Part shown: one piece after another, positions 39,318 through 49,275 of the stretch
How positions within the stretch are numbered: the stretch's first letter is position 1
Layout of the letters: every line of letters starts with the position of its first letter
Assembly: GCA_963827685.1 (NCBI GenBank)
Contig: CAWHBU010000003.1
Location: 704,001-768,000 of the forward strand
Length of the DNA stretch: 64,000 nucleotides
Source: an uncultured delta proteobacterium
Lineage (GTDB): Bacteria; Desulfobacterota; BSN033; UBA1163
Direction: 5' to 3'
Program-made: the position numbers and the translations under genes
The notes under the pieces: model-generated
Database searches by the model: none
What the model saw: only the letters and a program-made list of their open reading frames with translations
Told to the model about the DNA's origin: nothing

Positions 39318-40496
39318 TCAATCTTTAGCCAATTTCAGATATCCTACCAAAATAGCACCTCCAAGAAGGATCCCCCCTAAAATGATAAACCCGGTCGAGA
39401 AGGAGCTTGTCTGCCCAAGAAGTCCGATCATGGCTGGGATCACCCCACCTCCGAGAAGGAAACTCACTGGCATGATCAAAGAAACGGAAGTACTCTTGAA
39501 CTTAGCCCCTCCTATTCGCGAGAGCGCGGCAAAACCTGGCGGGAAGAAGGAAGAAGCCAACATGGGTTGAAGGAAAATGAGAAGGACCATCCATAATCCG
39601 GATGCCACACCGAGCAACGTGACAGCAATCCCATTAGCGAGAAAGATCACTTTCAAGGCTCGCTTTGGCCCCAGACGATCTGTCACCCACCCGGAAAGAA
39701 TGGCCACTCCTGCAGGAGAGATCCTGGAAAGTCCTACCAATGTATTAGCCCAGACCTGATCCATCCCTTTCTCTGAAACCAGATAAAGAGGAAACATGGC
39801 AAACATTCCGAGAGTGCCGCCAATGCCCAGGCTGAAAAGGGACATCATGACCCAGAAAGAAGGCTCCTTCAGGATGATCCGCAGAGTGCTGACATTGAGA
39901 GGCTCCCCACAGAATTTTCCTCCCCTGCCGAAAATGGAAAAAAGAATGCCGACGAGAACCGAAAAAATTCCAAATAATATGTAAATACCTTGCCAGGAAA
40001 ACCATCTTAAAGACATTTCCGCGATCAGTGGAGCCACGACAAAACTTAAGTTCGGTGCTAATTCATGAATGGAAATAGCCTTCCCCCAATCTCTCGGCTT
40101 CACCAATTCAGTGACCGTGGCAATTCCCGAAGGGAGATAGAGTCCTGCTGCCATTCCCAGCATGAAGAGTCCTAAACGAACCATCCAAAGCTGATGGCTA
40201 AGACCGACAAATAGAAGACCCCCGCCCAAGGTGACGGTGGAAAGGATGATCGTTCTCCGATGATTGATGCGAGAAGAGACAAAACTCGACCCGAGAAGCA
40301 TGATGCAATACCCAAGAGATATCAGAAAAAAGAAGGATCCTGCTTCCTCATGCCCTATTTTCAGATCCTTCTCAACGGTGGGCAACAAGGGTGACAAGAC
40401 AATCCGAGAAACGAAGTTCAAGAAGAAGATCCCTACAAGAAAGAGAAGGGGGGGCATCTGAGAACGAAACGAGGATTCTGTTTTTGGTGCGACCAC
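39318..40496 (-). CDS. MFS transporter
   Basis: About 12 TM helices; GWVTDRLGPK motif A. Confidence 0.9.
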   Translation of the reverse strand: MVAPKTESSFRSQMPPLLFLVGIFFLNFVSRIVLSPLLPTVEKDLKIGHEEAGSFFFLISLGYCIMLLGSSFVSSRINHRRTIILSTVTLGGGLLFVGLSHQLWMVRLGLFMLGMAAGLYLPSGIATVTELVKPRDWGKAISIHELAPNLSFVVAPLIAEMSLRWFSWQGIYILFGIFSVLVGILFSIFGRGGKFCGEPLNVSTLRIILKEPSFWVMMSLFSLGIGGTLGMFAMFPLYLVSEKGMDQVWANTLVGLSRISPAGVAILSGWVTDRLGPKRALKVIFLANGIAVTLLGVASGLWMVLLIFLQPMLASSFFPPGFAALSRIGGAKFKSTSVSLIMPVSFLLGGGVIPAMIGLLGQTSSFSTGFIILGGILLGGAILVGYLKLAKD

Positions 40497-40511
40497 TCCT
40501 CAACCTCGTTA

Positions 40512-41098
40512 TCAATGAAGGAAAGGAATTCGGAAGATCAGAAAGAAGCCATTGAGTGATGAGAGAGCCCCAAGCAGGCACTGACAATGGCAAAATAGAA
40601 AACTGGGCGGGATCCTGAAAGAATGGAGACGGAGGCCATCACGATGGCGATCTGAAGCAAAACTTCCCCATAGTCGAAGTAAGGATCTTTGTCTCGATTA
40701 ACATCCCTTTCGTGTTCGAGTTTTTTCGCCTCTTGCTCGATTTCTCTCTTTTCAGCATTATACCGGGCTTCCTCTTCGCCCATCTTTTTGAGCACCGCCT
40801 CAACCCGTCCTTTCACCTCTGGCTTCATCGCACTGCCTCGCTCGATCAGGTCTATCTCCAAGCGCACCTTCTGGCCCCGGTAAAGATGCTCACGTAAAAC
40901 TTTGGCCTGGTAGAAAGACCATTGGTCAGAGGACTGCTGCTGGGCGAGCAGCATCTCCTTCATCGCATTATTCCCCCCTAACGAAGTGATCGCGAGCATG
41001 ACCGCGAAGATTGCCGTGGTGAGGGCCACACGCTTCGTAAAGGCCTTCCCCTTCATCTCCTCAAGCTCTTCTGCATTTGGAAGTTCAACCTCTGTCAT
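40512..41098 (-). CDS. DUF4337 family membrane protein, apparent 1-nt deletion near the 3' end
   Basis: VALTTAIFAV, SDQWSFYQAK, LLQIAIVMASV. One extra G in GGGG (40568-40571) gives ..ACLGALSSLNGFFLIFRIPFLH* ending at 40512. Confidence 0.8.
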
Positions 41099-41252
41099 AT
41101 CGATTTCCTCCCTATTATCTCTTTTAGTCCTTACTTCAGATTTAGTTAACCTCAGAGAGCGAAGCGGCAAAATCCCAAATTACAAACTCCAAATTCCGAT
41201 GGATAGTGACCAAAACAATCTGGTTACCATTTCAAATTTCGATCATCGGAAT

Positions 41253-41465
41253 CTATTTGGAATTTGGTGTTTGGGATTCGGCGCTTCTGATGTATATCTT
41301 CATCCCTTCCGACAGTGCTCCGTCCAAGCCTAACTGATTTCCCCATTCATCGTAGGCTTTCTTCGAAACTTCTATTTCCTTAAGAAGTCCTGCGCTCATC
41401 AGGGCATGTTTCACCGTCATCCCAGGTAAAACATCAACAGATCTCTGATTGACATGAACTTTCAT
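41253..41465 (-). CDS. Small beta-grasp-like (ThiS/MoaD-like, no C-terminal GG) protein
   Basis: MKVHVN...V..GMTV..AL...L.EG.KIYI; translationally coupled to the nucleotidase. Confidence 0.55.
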   Translation of the reverse strand: MKVHVNQRSVDVLPGMTVKHALMSAGLLKEIEVSKKAYDEWGNQLGLDGALSEGMKIYIRSAESQTPNSK

Positions 41466-42998
41466 CAGCGAATCTCTATGATCCTACCTTCAATCAACGG
41501 AGCAATCCTTTTCTTTTCTCTTATGTATTCCACCACCACATCTCTCAGCCATTTGCCTGACTCGCTGTAGACCACTTTTTCCCCTTTCATCATACCCCCG
41601 ATGACTGAGAAATCTCTGGATGATTTGATGGCTTCTCCAAAGGCCTTATATCCATCTCCTCCAACAGCCAGAAAATCATTCGTAGCCACAATATACTCTC
41701 TGTCGAAGTCGATTGGATGACCTGTCACAGAAATTTCCTCTATTCTTGAACCTCTTTCTTCCGATGGGGAATATTTAAAAGAGAGACCCGATACCTGCGG
41801 GAACCGACCTTCCTCATCCTCGACAGCGGATACCCCGTGCTCTAATGCTTCTTTAATCTGTCTCCCCGCCACTTTGATGGCAACGATGTAGTTGTCAAAA
41901 GGCAATACGGAGTAGATATCTCTTACTCTCATTTCCCCTTTTTTGATGCTTGTCCTGATCCCTCCTCCATTAATCAAGGTGACGTCAGCCCCCGATGTAC
42001 GTCTCATAATATCTGCAATAAAATTACCGAGGTTTGTCTCCATTTTTCTTACGTTTTCTCCATCCAGGTCTACCTCCGTCTCTCCAATTCTTTCATTGAG
42101 GACTGCTTCCACCCTTTTCCCATATCTTTCCATTATGGCCAAGGTTGCCTTATCCCCTTTACCCTTTTCGGGCCTGATTTCCTCGAGATGACCTTCGAAT
42201 CCGATGATCTTTCCATCTTTTACAATGAGGTCCAAAACACCGAGTGCTTTCCCATGTTCCCAGGCTTGAACGATAAGTGTGTTCCCAACCGTTATCGGTT
42301 TTACAATCTTCGTATGGGAATGTCCGCCCACGATCACGTCAATCCCCTTCACTTTCTCTGCGAGGTCCCTATCCGAAGGGTATCCTATATGCGATAGGAC
42401 GACAATGACATCAGCCTTTTCCTTCAATCCTTTAATGTATTTCTCCACGGTTTCTATCGGAGAGATAAATTTTAGACCCACCACATTCCGGGGATGGGTT
42501 GATAAGGGAACATCTTCTGTGACGATACCAATGACCCCTACTCTGATCCCTTTCAGTTCCTTGATGACATAAGGTCTGAGAGGGTCCAGACCCTCCACAT
42601 TGGCCCCAAGAATAGGAAACCTTGCCTCTGAAATTCTTTTCTTAAGCACCTCCTGTCCAAAATCAAATTCATGGTTTCCCAAGACCATCGCATCAAATCT
42701 CATCTCATTCATCCACTCCATCACGGATTCACCCTGAAAGAGATTTGCCCAGTTATTGCCCTGGATCATATCTCCCGCAGAAAGCAACAGAGATGGTTTT
42801 CCTTTACGAAGCCCGTTGACCTTAGCGGCAAGATAAGGAATGCCTCCTAACGGTTCATCTGATCCCAATGGTTTATACGGTTCAGCAAATCCATGGAAAT
42901 CATTGACATGAAGAATCCTGATTTCGACCTGCTGACCATAGGCGAAAGTCGTAAATAGGAAAAATACAAGAACAGAAGACAGCTTGCCATTTTTTCAT
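41465..42998 (-). CDS. 5'-nucleotidase / UDP-sugar hydrolase, apparent frameshift in the signal peptide
   Basis: ILHVNDFHG, SAGD, LGNHEFD, GGHSH, NGGGIR, FPQVSG. ATG at 42998 is one base out of frame across an A6 run. Confidence 0.9.
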
Positions 42999-43260
42999 AT
43001 AGGCTTTCTCTTAATAAACCATTCCGCTTTTCAATAAATTATTCATGACAAGAGTATGACGTGAAGAGTCGGTTTGTGCAGGAGTTTATAAGATATGCAT
43101 AGGGAAGTCAAGGTGCAAAGAAGCAGTTCCGAATTGAGGCTCAGCAAGTCGATTAGGAGTCAAAGTCAAAACGATTGATATAACCCAAGCGGTTTTTCTC
43201 GTATCCATCCTCCTCCAAAATAGAATTTGCTGATGAGCTAATATCTATATCAAAACATCT

Positions 43261-43298
43261 AAAAAAAGAAAAGGCCGGAAAGGAATCTACCGGCCTTT
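43261..43298 (-). terminator. Rho-independent terminator
   Basis: Minus strand AAAGGCCGG..CCGGCCTTT followed by TCTTTTTTT. Confidence 0.8.
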
Positions 43299-43305
43299 GA
43301 AATCT

Positions 43306-43422
43306 TTAAGAAGTTTTGATTGTCTTTCTTACCTTCTGATGAGCCGTTTCACGTCTTGCTCAGGACCAACGCAACGAACCACAGGTCGAACAATGAGTTG
43401 CATGGGGGAACATCCATCTCAT
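43306..43422 (-). CDS. Unannotated small ORF: 20 aa to UGA, or 38 aa if UGA is read through
   Basis: AAGGAGGTGA RBS; MRWMFPHATHCSTCGSLRWS-(TGA)-ARRETAHQKVRKTIKTS-TAA; has its own promoter and terminator. Confidence 0.55.
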
Positions 43423-43448
43423 GGACCTCACCTCCTTCTTACACTATT

Positions 43449-43478
43449 ATTTTAAAGTCACTCTCCCTCACCTGTCAA
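43449..43478 (-). promoter_or_regulatory. Near-consensus sigma70 promoter
   Basis: Minus strand TTGACA-18 bp-TAAAAT, just upstream of the RBS. Confidence 0.65.
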
Positions 43479-43570
43479 GGGAAAATTAAATTGGCAAGAC
43501 GAAGGAGAAAAAGGAGGAATACTTTCAATTCTTAAAGGCCTCGCTGATCGCGTTATAAAAAGGGAATCGC

Positions 43571-43969
43571 CTAATCTTTTCCTTTTTTCTTCAGAAAACC
43601 GAGGAGGTCGGATTCCTTGGAAGATTTTGTATTAGGCTTCTCCTTTTCAATGCCGGGCTTCAATTCTTCTCTTTTCAACTCCTTCTCCCGGATCATATGT
43701 CTCTCAATCCAGTGGTCGAGAGCTTTCACATCGAAAAGAACCCGGTCCCCAATTTTGAGGTAAGGAAGTTTTTTCAGGGAGGCCATCCGGTAGACGGTGT
43801 CTGTCGAAAGGCTTAAGTACTGGCTCGCTTCTTTGGCAGTAATCAATCTTCGGAGTTCGGGAATCTTTTTCATCCGGTCATCGATCCGTTCAAAATACTT
43901 CTCGAGCAGCAGCTCTGCCAGCATGTCTAAGAATTCTTTGACCGGAGGCCGGTATTCTTCTTGTGCCAT
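43571..43969 (-). CDS. Excisionase-like (HTH_17) DNA-binding protein
   Basis: LITAKEASQYLSLSTDTVYRMA...LPYLKIG..VLF; GGAGG RBS 28 bp after the REC-LpxC stop. Confidence 0.85.
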   Translation of the reverse strand: MAQEEYRPPVKEFLDMLAELLLEKYFERIDDRMKKIPELRRLITAKEASQYLSLSTDTVYRMASLKKLPYLKIGDRVLFDVKALDHWIERHMIREKELKREELKPGIEKEKPNTKSSKESDLLGFLKKKGKD

Positions 43970-43997
43970 TTGTCCCTCCAGAGAACAGGGTGATTTC

Positions 43998-45365
43998 TCA
44001 CCGTTCTTTTTCTCTTGCCACTTTCTGAATCTTCTTGAGGAGAGCGATGTTTTCTGTATGACCGGTCAGATGGGCAGTCACTTTTCCTCGAATCGGACGG
44101 TTGAGAAGATAGAAATCGCCAATCAAGTCAAGAATCTTATGCCGGACAAATTCGTCAGGAAATCGAAGTTCGGTGTTGACGACCTTCTCGTCATCAACCA
44201 GGATGACGTTGCTGAGTCGCCCACCCCCTCCCATCCCCATCCGTTCGAGCATCTTATAATCCTTGACAAAGCTAAAGGTTCTCGCTGGAGCGATCTCATC
44301 CTTGAAGGCCTCCTCGCTCCCTAAGATAAAGGCCAGGGTCTGCTGCCCGATGGGAGGGGGATAATCCAAAAAATAGTGAACAGAAAAGGTTTCAGCAGGT
44401 TCAATGACCAGAGACTTATCCCGATGGACGACCTGCAGTCGACGATCGATGATCAATTCGTCCACCCTCTCCTCTTGTTCCTCCACACCCGCCTCTTCGA
44501 CAATCTTACAAAACTCCAAAGCCGAGCCGTCCATCACCGGAATCTCTTCAATCATCTTCACCATCAAGTTGGTGATACGATAGGCGTGCAGCACTGCCAT
44601 GAGGTGCTCGACCGTCCTCGCAACGGCTCTCCCCTTTTTCAGAGAAGTGGCAGACTCTGTCGTTTCGACATAGTCGACATGGGCAGGAACCACTTCGTCC
44701 GCCGAGATGTTTCCGAACAGGATCCCGCTATGAGGGGGCAGGGGTTGAAGAAGGAGTCCTGTTTTTTTCCCAGAAAAAAGTCCTGTTCCGTAAAGCACCA
44801 TGCTCTGCTTCAGAGTACGCTGAGGCAATAAGGAGGTCCCTTTCTTGTTCGCAACCTCCTTGGCTAAGGGAATCGCTTCCCGGACGGAGGAAACGGGAGG
44901 TCCGGTGACTTCTCCGGCAATCTCTTTTGGAAAGATCTTCGTGGCCTGGAAGGGTTCTTCGGTGACAATTTCCCCCGATCGCTGGACGGTCAGCAACTCC
45001 TTCTGATGATTAAGGGCTCGATGGATGGTCATAAGAAGAACATCAAGAGAAAGAGGTTTTTCAATGAAGTCAAAAGCCCCTAATTTCACAGCGGTCATGG
45101 CAGTCGAGATCGTTGCATGACCGGAGATCATAATCACTTGACACTCTGGGGCAATCCATTTGAGCCGTTTCAATACCTCGATGCCATCCATCCCCGGCAT
45201 CCAGATATCGAGAAGCGTAACATCCGGCCCTTCTTCCTGAAAAACTTTTATTGCCTCTTCTCCACTCTTCGCCTGGGCGACTCGGAAACCTTCATCCTCC
45301 AGAACCCCCGCGATCGATTGGATCACTCTTTCCTCATCATCCACGATGAGGACTTTTCTCTCCAT
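43998..45365 (-). CDS. lpxC: Receiver domain-LpxC fusion (UDP-3-O-acyl-GlcNAc deacetylase)
   Basis: REC: VDDE, LLDIWMP (D53), ISGH, FIEKP. LpxC: QRTLK..GTGL.SG, TVEHLMA, PVMDGSA, IAPARTF, RHKILDLIGD, GH. Confidence 0.9.
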   Translation of the reverse strand: MERKVLIVDDEERVIQSIAGVLEDEGFRVAQAKSGEEAIKVFQEEGPDVTLLDIWMPGMDGIEVLKRLKWIAPECQVIMISGHATISTAMTAVKLGAFDFIEKPLSLDVLLMTIHRALNHQKELLTVQRSGEIVTEEPFQATKIFPKEIAGEVTGPPVSSVREAIPLAKEVANKKGTSLLPQRTLKQSMVLYGTGLFSGKKTGLLLQPLPPHSGILFGNISADEVVPAHVDYVETTESATSLKKGRAVARTVEHLMAVLHAYRITNLMVKMIEEIPVMDGSALEFCKIVEEAGVEEQEERVDELIIDRRLQVVHRDKSLVIEPAETFSVHYFLDYPPPIGQQTLAFILGSEEAFKDEIAPARTFSFVKDYKMLERMGMGGGGRLSNVILVDDEKVVNTELRFPDEFVRHKILDLIGDFYLLNRPIRGKVTAHLTGHTENIALLKKIQKVAREKER

Positions 45366-45431
45366 AACGTCTCCCGCAAAGAGGATTTTGACTTTCCAAT
45401 ATCACAACCTCGTCAAAGAATCAACATCTTA

Positions 45432-45551
45432 TTGGAATACTGGAATAGTGGAATACTGGAACATTAGAAAAAGATCTTAAATTTAGGTATTTAGGAATTT
45501 AGGGATTCGCAATTCCTCAATTCCTTAATTCCTCAATTCACATTATTCCAT
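45432..45551. repeat. Compound inverted 8-mer repeats
   Basis: TGGAATAC units ... CATTATTCCA enclose ATTTAGGA/AATTCCTC arms; the outer family recurs at 58291-58394. Confidence 0.75.
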
Positions 45552-47039
45552 TTATTTATCGATCTGGGCCTTCTGAAGCCGACCACTGAAATCCCGATAG
45601 ATTACCTTCCATCGACTGTAGGTATCCAGAGCGCCCCCTCGACCTCCTGCCTCCTTCCTTCCATAACCCGAACTTTTGATCCCGCCAAAAGGCAGTTGTA
45701 TCTCCGCACCAATTGTGGACGCATTGATATACACAATTCCGGTCTCAAGATCCCTCTCTGCGACAGCCGATGCATTGACATCCTGGGTGTAAATGGCGGA
45801 GGAAAGTCCATACGGGGTGCGATTGACAATCTGAATGGCGACCTGAAGGTCTTCTGCCTTGATCACGGAAACCACGGGCCCAAAAATTTCCTCTTGGGCG
45901 ATCCGCATCTCAGGAGTTACCTCAATAAAGATGGTCGGTTCGATGAAATACCCTTTCGAACAGTCCCCTTTTTGATAGGCCTTCCCTCCCAAAATGAGTT
46001 TTGCCCCCTCTTTCTTTCCGATCTCGATATATTTGAGAATTTTGTTGAACTGGGATTCATTGATCACCGGCCCCACGTCTGTCTCTTTTTGAAGGCCATC
46101 TCCCAGTTTAAGACGGGAGGCGGCAGTCTTGAACTTTTCGATGAATTTCTGGTAGACTTTTTTGTGCACGACGATTCGACTGGCGGCAGTGCATCGTTGG
46201 CCGGTCGTTCCAAAACCGCCCCAGATGGCCCCTTCAACAGCCAAATCGAGGTTCGCATCATCCATGACAATGATCGCATTCTTCCCGCCCATCTCAGTCA
46301 CAATGATCCGATGAATGGCTCCACAAATTCCTTCGAGACGTTTCCCAGTATCAAAGGAACCCGTAAAGGAGATGGCATCCACCTCTGGATGGTTCACCAA
46401 ATATTCCCCCACCTCCCCTCCTGGCCCATGGATTAGATTCAGAACCCCTTTAGGCAAACCCGCCTCCGCCAGAGCCCCTACAAATTTTGCGGCACAGACG
46501 GTGGTATCGCTGGAGGGCTTCAAGACAACCGTATTGCCACAGATGAGGGCTGGAAAGACCTTCCATCCGGGAATAGCGATAGGAAAATTCCAGGGAGTGA
46601 TCAAGCCGAAAACACCAATGGGAACACGAATCGATTTCATATCCTTATTGCAAAGTTCGGAGGGAACGGTTTCTCCAGAAAGTCTTCTGCCCTCGCCGGC
46701 CATGTAATAACCCATGTCAACGGCCTCCTGGACATCGCCTAAACCTTCAGAAAGGATTTTACCCATTTCCCTGGTTTCGAGCTTTCCCAAAGATTCTTTA
46801 TTTCTCAAAAGAATTTCTGCAGCTCTGAACAGAATTTCACCCCGACGTGGGGCCGGGGTGAGTCGCCACTCTTCATAGGCTCCTCGGGCTGCCTTGACGG
46901 CCTGATCCACATCTTCCCGGCCTGACTTCGAGACAATTCCAATCACTTCATCTTTGTTGGCGGGATTGATCGACCGAAAAGTCTCTCCGGATTTGGAATC
47001 AACCCATTTCCCATCAATATAATTCTTAATACGTTCCAT
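45552..47039 (-). CDS. Aldehyde dehydrogenase family protein
   Basis: ITPWNFP, FTGS, EMGGKN, GQRCTA, EEIFGPV, PFGG. Confidence 0.95.
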   Translation of the reverse strand: MERIKNYIDGKWVDSKSGETFRSINPANKDEVIGIVSKSGREDVDQAVKAARGAYEEWRLTPAPRRGEILFRAAEILLRNKESLGKLETREMGKILSEGLGDVQEAVDMGYYMAGEGRRLSGETVPSELCNKDMKSIRVPIGVFGLITPWNFPIAIPGWKVFPALICGNTVVLKPSSDTTVCAAKFVGALAEAGLPKGVLNLIHGPGGEVGEYLVNHPEVDAISFTGSFDTGKRLEGICGAIHRIIVTEMGGKNAIIVMDDANLDLAVEGAIWGGFGTTGQRCTAASRIVVHKKVYQKFIEKFKTAASRLKLGDGLQKETDVGPVINESQFNKILKYIEIGKKEGAKLILGGKAYQKGDCSKGYFIEPTIFIEVTPEMRIAQEEIFGPVVSVIKAEDLQVAIQIVNRTPYGLSSAIYTQDVNASAVAERDLETGIVYINASTIGAEIQLPFGGIKSSGYGRKEAGGRGGALDTYSRWKVIYRDFSGRLQKAQIDK

Positions 47040-47086
47040 CTTCGCCCCTCACTCACTCCGCAATCCGTATTCTACAATCTGCAATT

Positions 47087-48115
47087 TTAATAGTTCCCTA
47101 CCCCAACCTTCTTTTTCAGGAGATCATAATCCTGCTCCGACGAAGCAAAAACTCCGGTGTTTCCCAACCTCACATTCCTCAGCCCGACGGCCTTGGCTTC
47201 CAGGTAGGCTTCAATCATCTCAGAAACCTTTGGATGTTTATACCGTTTCATTTGGTACTCTGGGAAAAAAGCCAAAATGGTAAAAGGGATTTCTGGATCG
47301 ACATCAAAAATCAATTGAGCGATCTTCTTCAACTGGGGCGTCTCCACGAGGTTTGGAATATAGAGAGAAAGGATTTCCAGAACAAAACCCCTTGTAACAA
47401 TCTCTTCGGGAAGTTTGAGGATGTTCCGGTTGAAACAGCCGGTCAACCACTTATGGTCGGTCCCGTCATAGGCCTTGATATCGAGCCAGAAAGAGTCAAC
47501 CCCTGCCTTCTTTAACGCATCGAGGTTCTGAGGGGTAAGGCCATAACCATTGGTTTCGATCAGCACCCATAACTCGGTCTCTGCCTTAATGAGGCGAGTA
47601 CAGTCGACATAGTACTCCGGACAACAGGTCAGATCTCCCCCTGTGAAGGCAACGATATTGCGGGCAGGCCCCCATCCCTGGGGACTTAAAACGATCTCTT
47701 TTTTCTGGATCACCTTGGGACAGAGAGAAGACCGTTTTCCATACATGACACAAGCCCCGCAACCACGACAGGAATCATGGGCATGAAAGGCAGTAGCTCT
47801 GTTTCGAGGCTCCCGGACGGTCACTTCTTTTTCATATTCTTTGCATGCCTTTAACACATCGGCAGGAGACCACCAATCGCCCTTGGCAATTCTTGTGAAA
47901 TTCCAGGAATGACATTTTCGGCAGGAGAAGTTACAACCTGATTGGTAGATGGAGAGGTAATTCTCTGGGCGCGAGAGATGGACAGCGGAGATGAGTCTGA
48001 GGAGACCATTGTCCGTCCTTTTGAGGGTGGCTTCACAGGCAGGAGACTTCCCCCGCTCGATCTCAATCAGACAGCTTCCCTGAGGATATCCTTGCTTAAT
48101 TAAATTACATTTCAT
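47087..48115 (-). CDS. Radical SAM protein (PFL-activase-like) with an extra Cys cluster
   Basis: GCNFSCRKCHSW, FTGGD, ETNG, DIKA; additional CRGCGAC...CP. Confidence 0.85.
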   Translation of the reverse strand: MKCNLIKQGYPQGSCLIEIERGKSPACEATLKRTDNGLLRLISAVHLSRPENYLSIYQSGCNFSCRKCHSWNFTRIAKGDWWSPADVLKACKEYEKEVTVREPRNRATAFHAHDSCRGCGACVMYGKRSSLCPKVIQKKEIVLSPQGWGPARNIVAFTGGDLTCCPEYYVDCTRLIKAETELWVLIETNGYGLTPQNLDALKKAGVDSFWLDIKAYDGTDHKWLTGCFNRNILKLPEEIVTRGFVLEILSLYIPNLVETPQLKKIAQLIFDVDPEIPFTILAFFPEYQMKRYKHPKVSEMIEAYLEAKAVGLRNVRLGNTGVFASSEQDYDLLKKKVGVGNY

Positions 48116-48218
48116 CCTAGAATTTTATCACATGGCGTCTTCCTCTTGCAAGTCACGTTAACCGTGTGCTATAGGGAATGGAAAACGGGAAATAACAAAT
48201 AGCAATGTGGAGGTAAGA

Positions 48219-48998
48219 ATGGAAGAACAAGTTAAAAAGATTGCACAATGGATTACCACTTCCAAAAAGGTGATCGTTTTTTCGGGGGCAGGTCTCAGCA
48301 CAGAATCCGGAATCCCGGACTTCCGTACCCCTGGTGGAGTATGGGACCGATATAATCCCGAGGACTTCTACTTCCAGAATTTCCTTGCCAGTGAAGCCTC
48401 CCGGGAGAAATACTGGCAGTTGGCAACGGAAATGTGGGGACCGATAAAAATGGCCCAACCTAATCAGGCTCATCTCGCCGTTGCAGAATTGGAGAAGCTG
48501 GGCAAACTTGAATGCATCATCACTCAAAACATCGATGGTCTGCACTTCAAGGCTGGAAATTCAGAAGAAAAGGTAATACAGCTTCATGGGACATCCATCA
48601 TTGTCTCCTGTTTGAGCTGCAATAAGAGATATGATCGCAATGAGATTCAAGAACGAATAAAGGAAGGACAGAAGGCCCCCCGTTGTGACGATTGTGGGGG
48701 AATTCTCAAACCTGCGACCATCTCATTCGGCCAATCGATGCCGGAGAGAGAAACACAAGAGGCTTACCATCGATCCTCACTCTGTGATCTCTTCATTGTC
48801 GTCGGTTCCTCATTGGTTGTCCAACCGGCTGCTTCAATGCCTCTGGTGGCAAAGAGAAGTGGAGCGAGACTGGTGATTATCAACCGAGACCCAACTCCTT
48901 ACGATGACATGGCGGATGTTGTCATTCATGGTGAGGCTGGCGCTACCATGGCCAGTGTTTTGCAACATGTAAAACGGGCGTTAGGAGTTGGGATTTAG
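48219..48998 (+). CDS. cobB: NAD-dependent protein deacylase (sirtuin)
   Basis: GAGLSTESGIPDFR, TQNIDGLH, HG...CxxC...CxxC, GSSLVVQPAA. Confidence 0.93.
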   Translation: MEEQVKKIAQWITTSKKVIVFSGAGLSTESGIPDFRTPGGVWDRYNPEDFYFQNFLASEASREKYWQLATEMWGPIKMAQPNQAHLAVAELEKLGKLECIITQNIDGLHFKAGNSEEKVIQLHGTSIIVSCLSCNKRYDRNEIQERIKEGQKAPRCDDCGGILKPATISFGQSMPERETQEAYHRSSLCDLFIVVGSSLVVQPAASMPLVAKRSGARLVIINRDPTPYDDMADVVIHGEAGATMASVLQHVKRALGVGI

Positions 48999-49217
48999 GG
49001 GATGGAAACGTCTCTTCTCGAATGGATTGCTTTTAGTCGAATGAAATCCCCCTCTTATATCCATTCTTATTTTCTTATTAGTTCATTCCCAATAATCGAC
49101 TAAAAAACTGGACATTTTGTGTAACCATTATACAATAATTTGGCACTTTTGCAGGGTCAAATCAAATTACTTTGTAGAAAAATTCTGTAAATTCAAATAA
49201 TTATGATATCCAAAATT

Positions 49218-49233
49218 TGGCACTTATTTTGCT
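49218..49233 (+). promoter_or_regulatory. Putative sigma54 promoter
   Basis: TGGCAC-TTATT-TTGCT consensus 42 bp upstream of ATG 49276, with AT-rich upstream DNA. Confidence 0.7.
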
Positions 49234-49275
49234 AAACTCTAATATGTTTAATGCTTTCCGTAAAGCAAAAGGTTT

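Noticed and set aside
43336-43365. Hammerhead ribozyme core (CTGATGAG) on the plus strand
   Set aside because: No GAAA follows stem II; the sequence is better explained by the minus-strand structure.
43571-43969. Prophage or ICE excisionase module
   Set aside because: No integrase, phage or conjugation genes nearby; the gene is coupled to REC-LpxC.
45696-46436. Long antisense ORFs (this one, and for example 5295-5933, 26796-27359, 942-1469, 43797-44324)
   Set aside because: They lie opposite well-supported genes and have no recognisable motifs or RBS.
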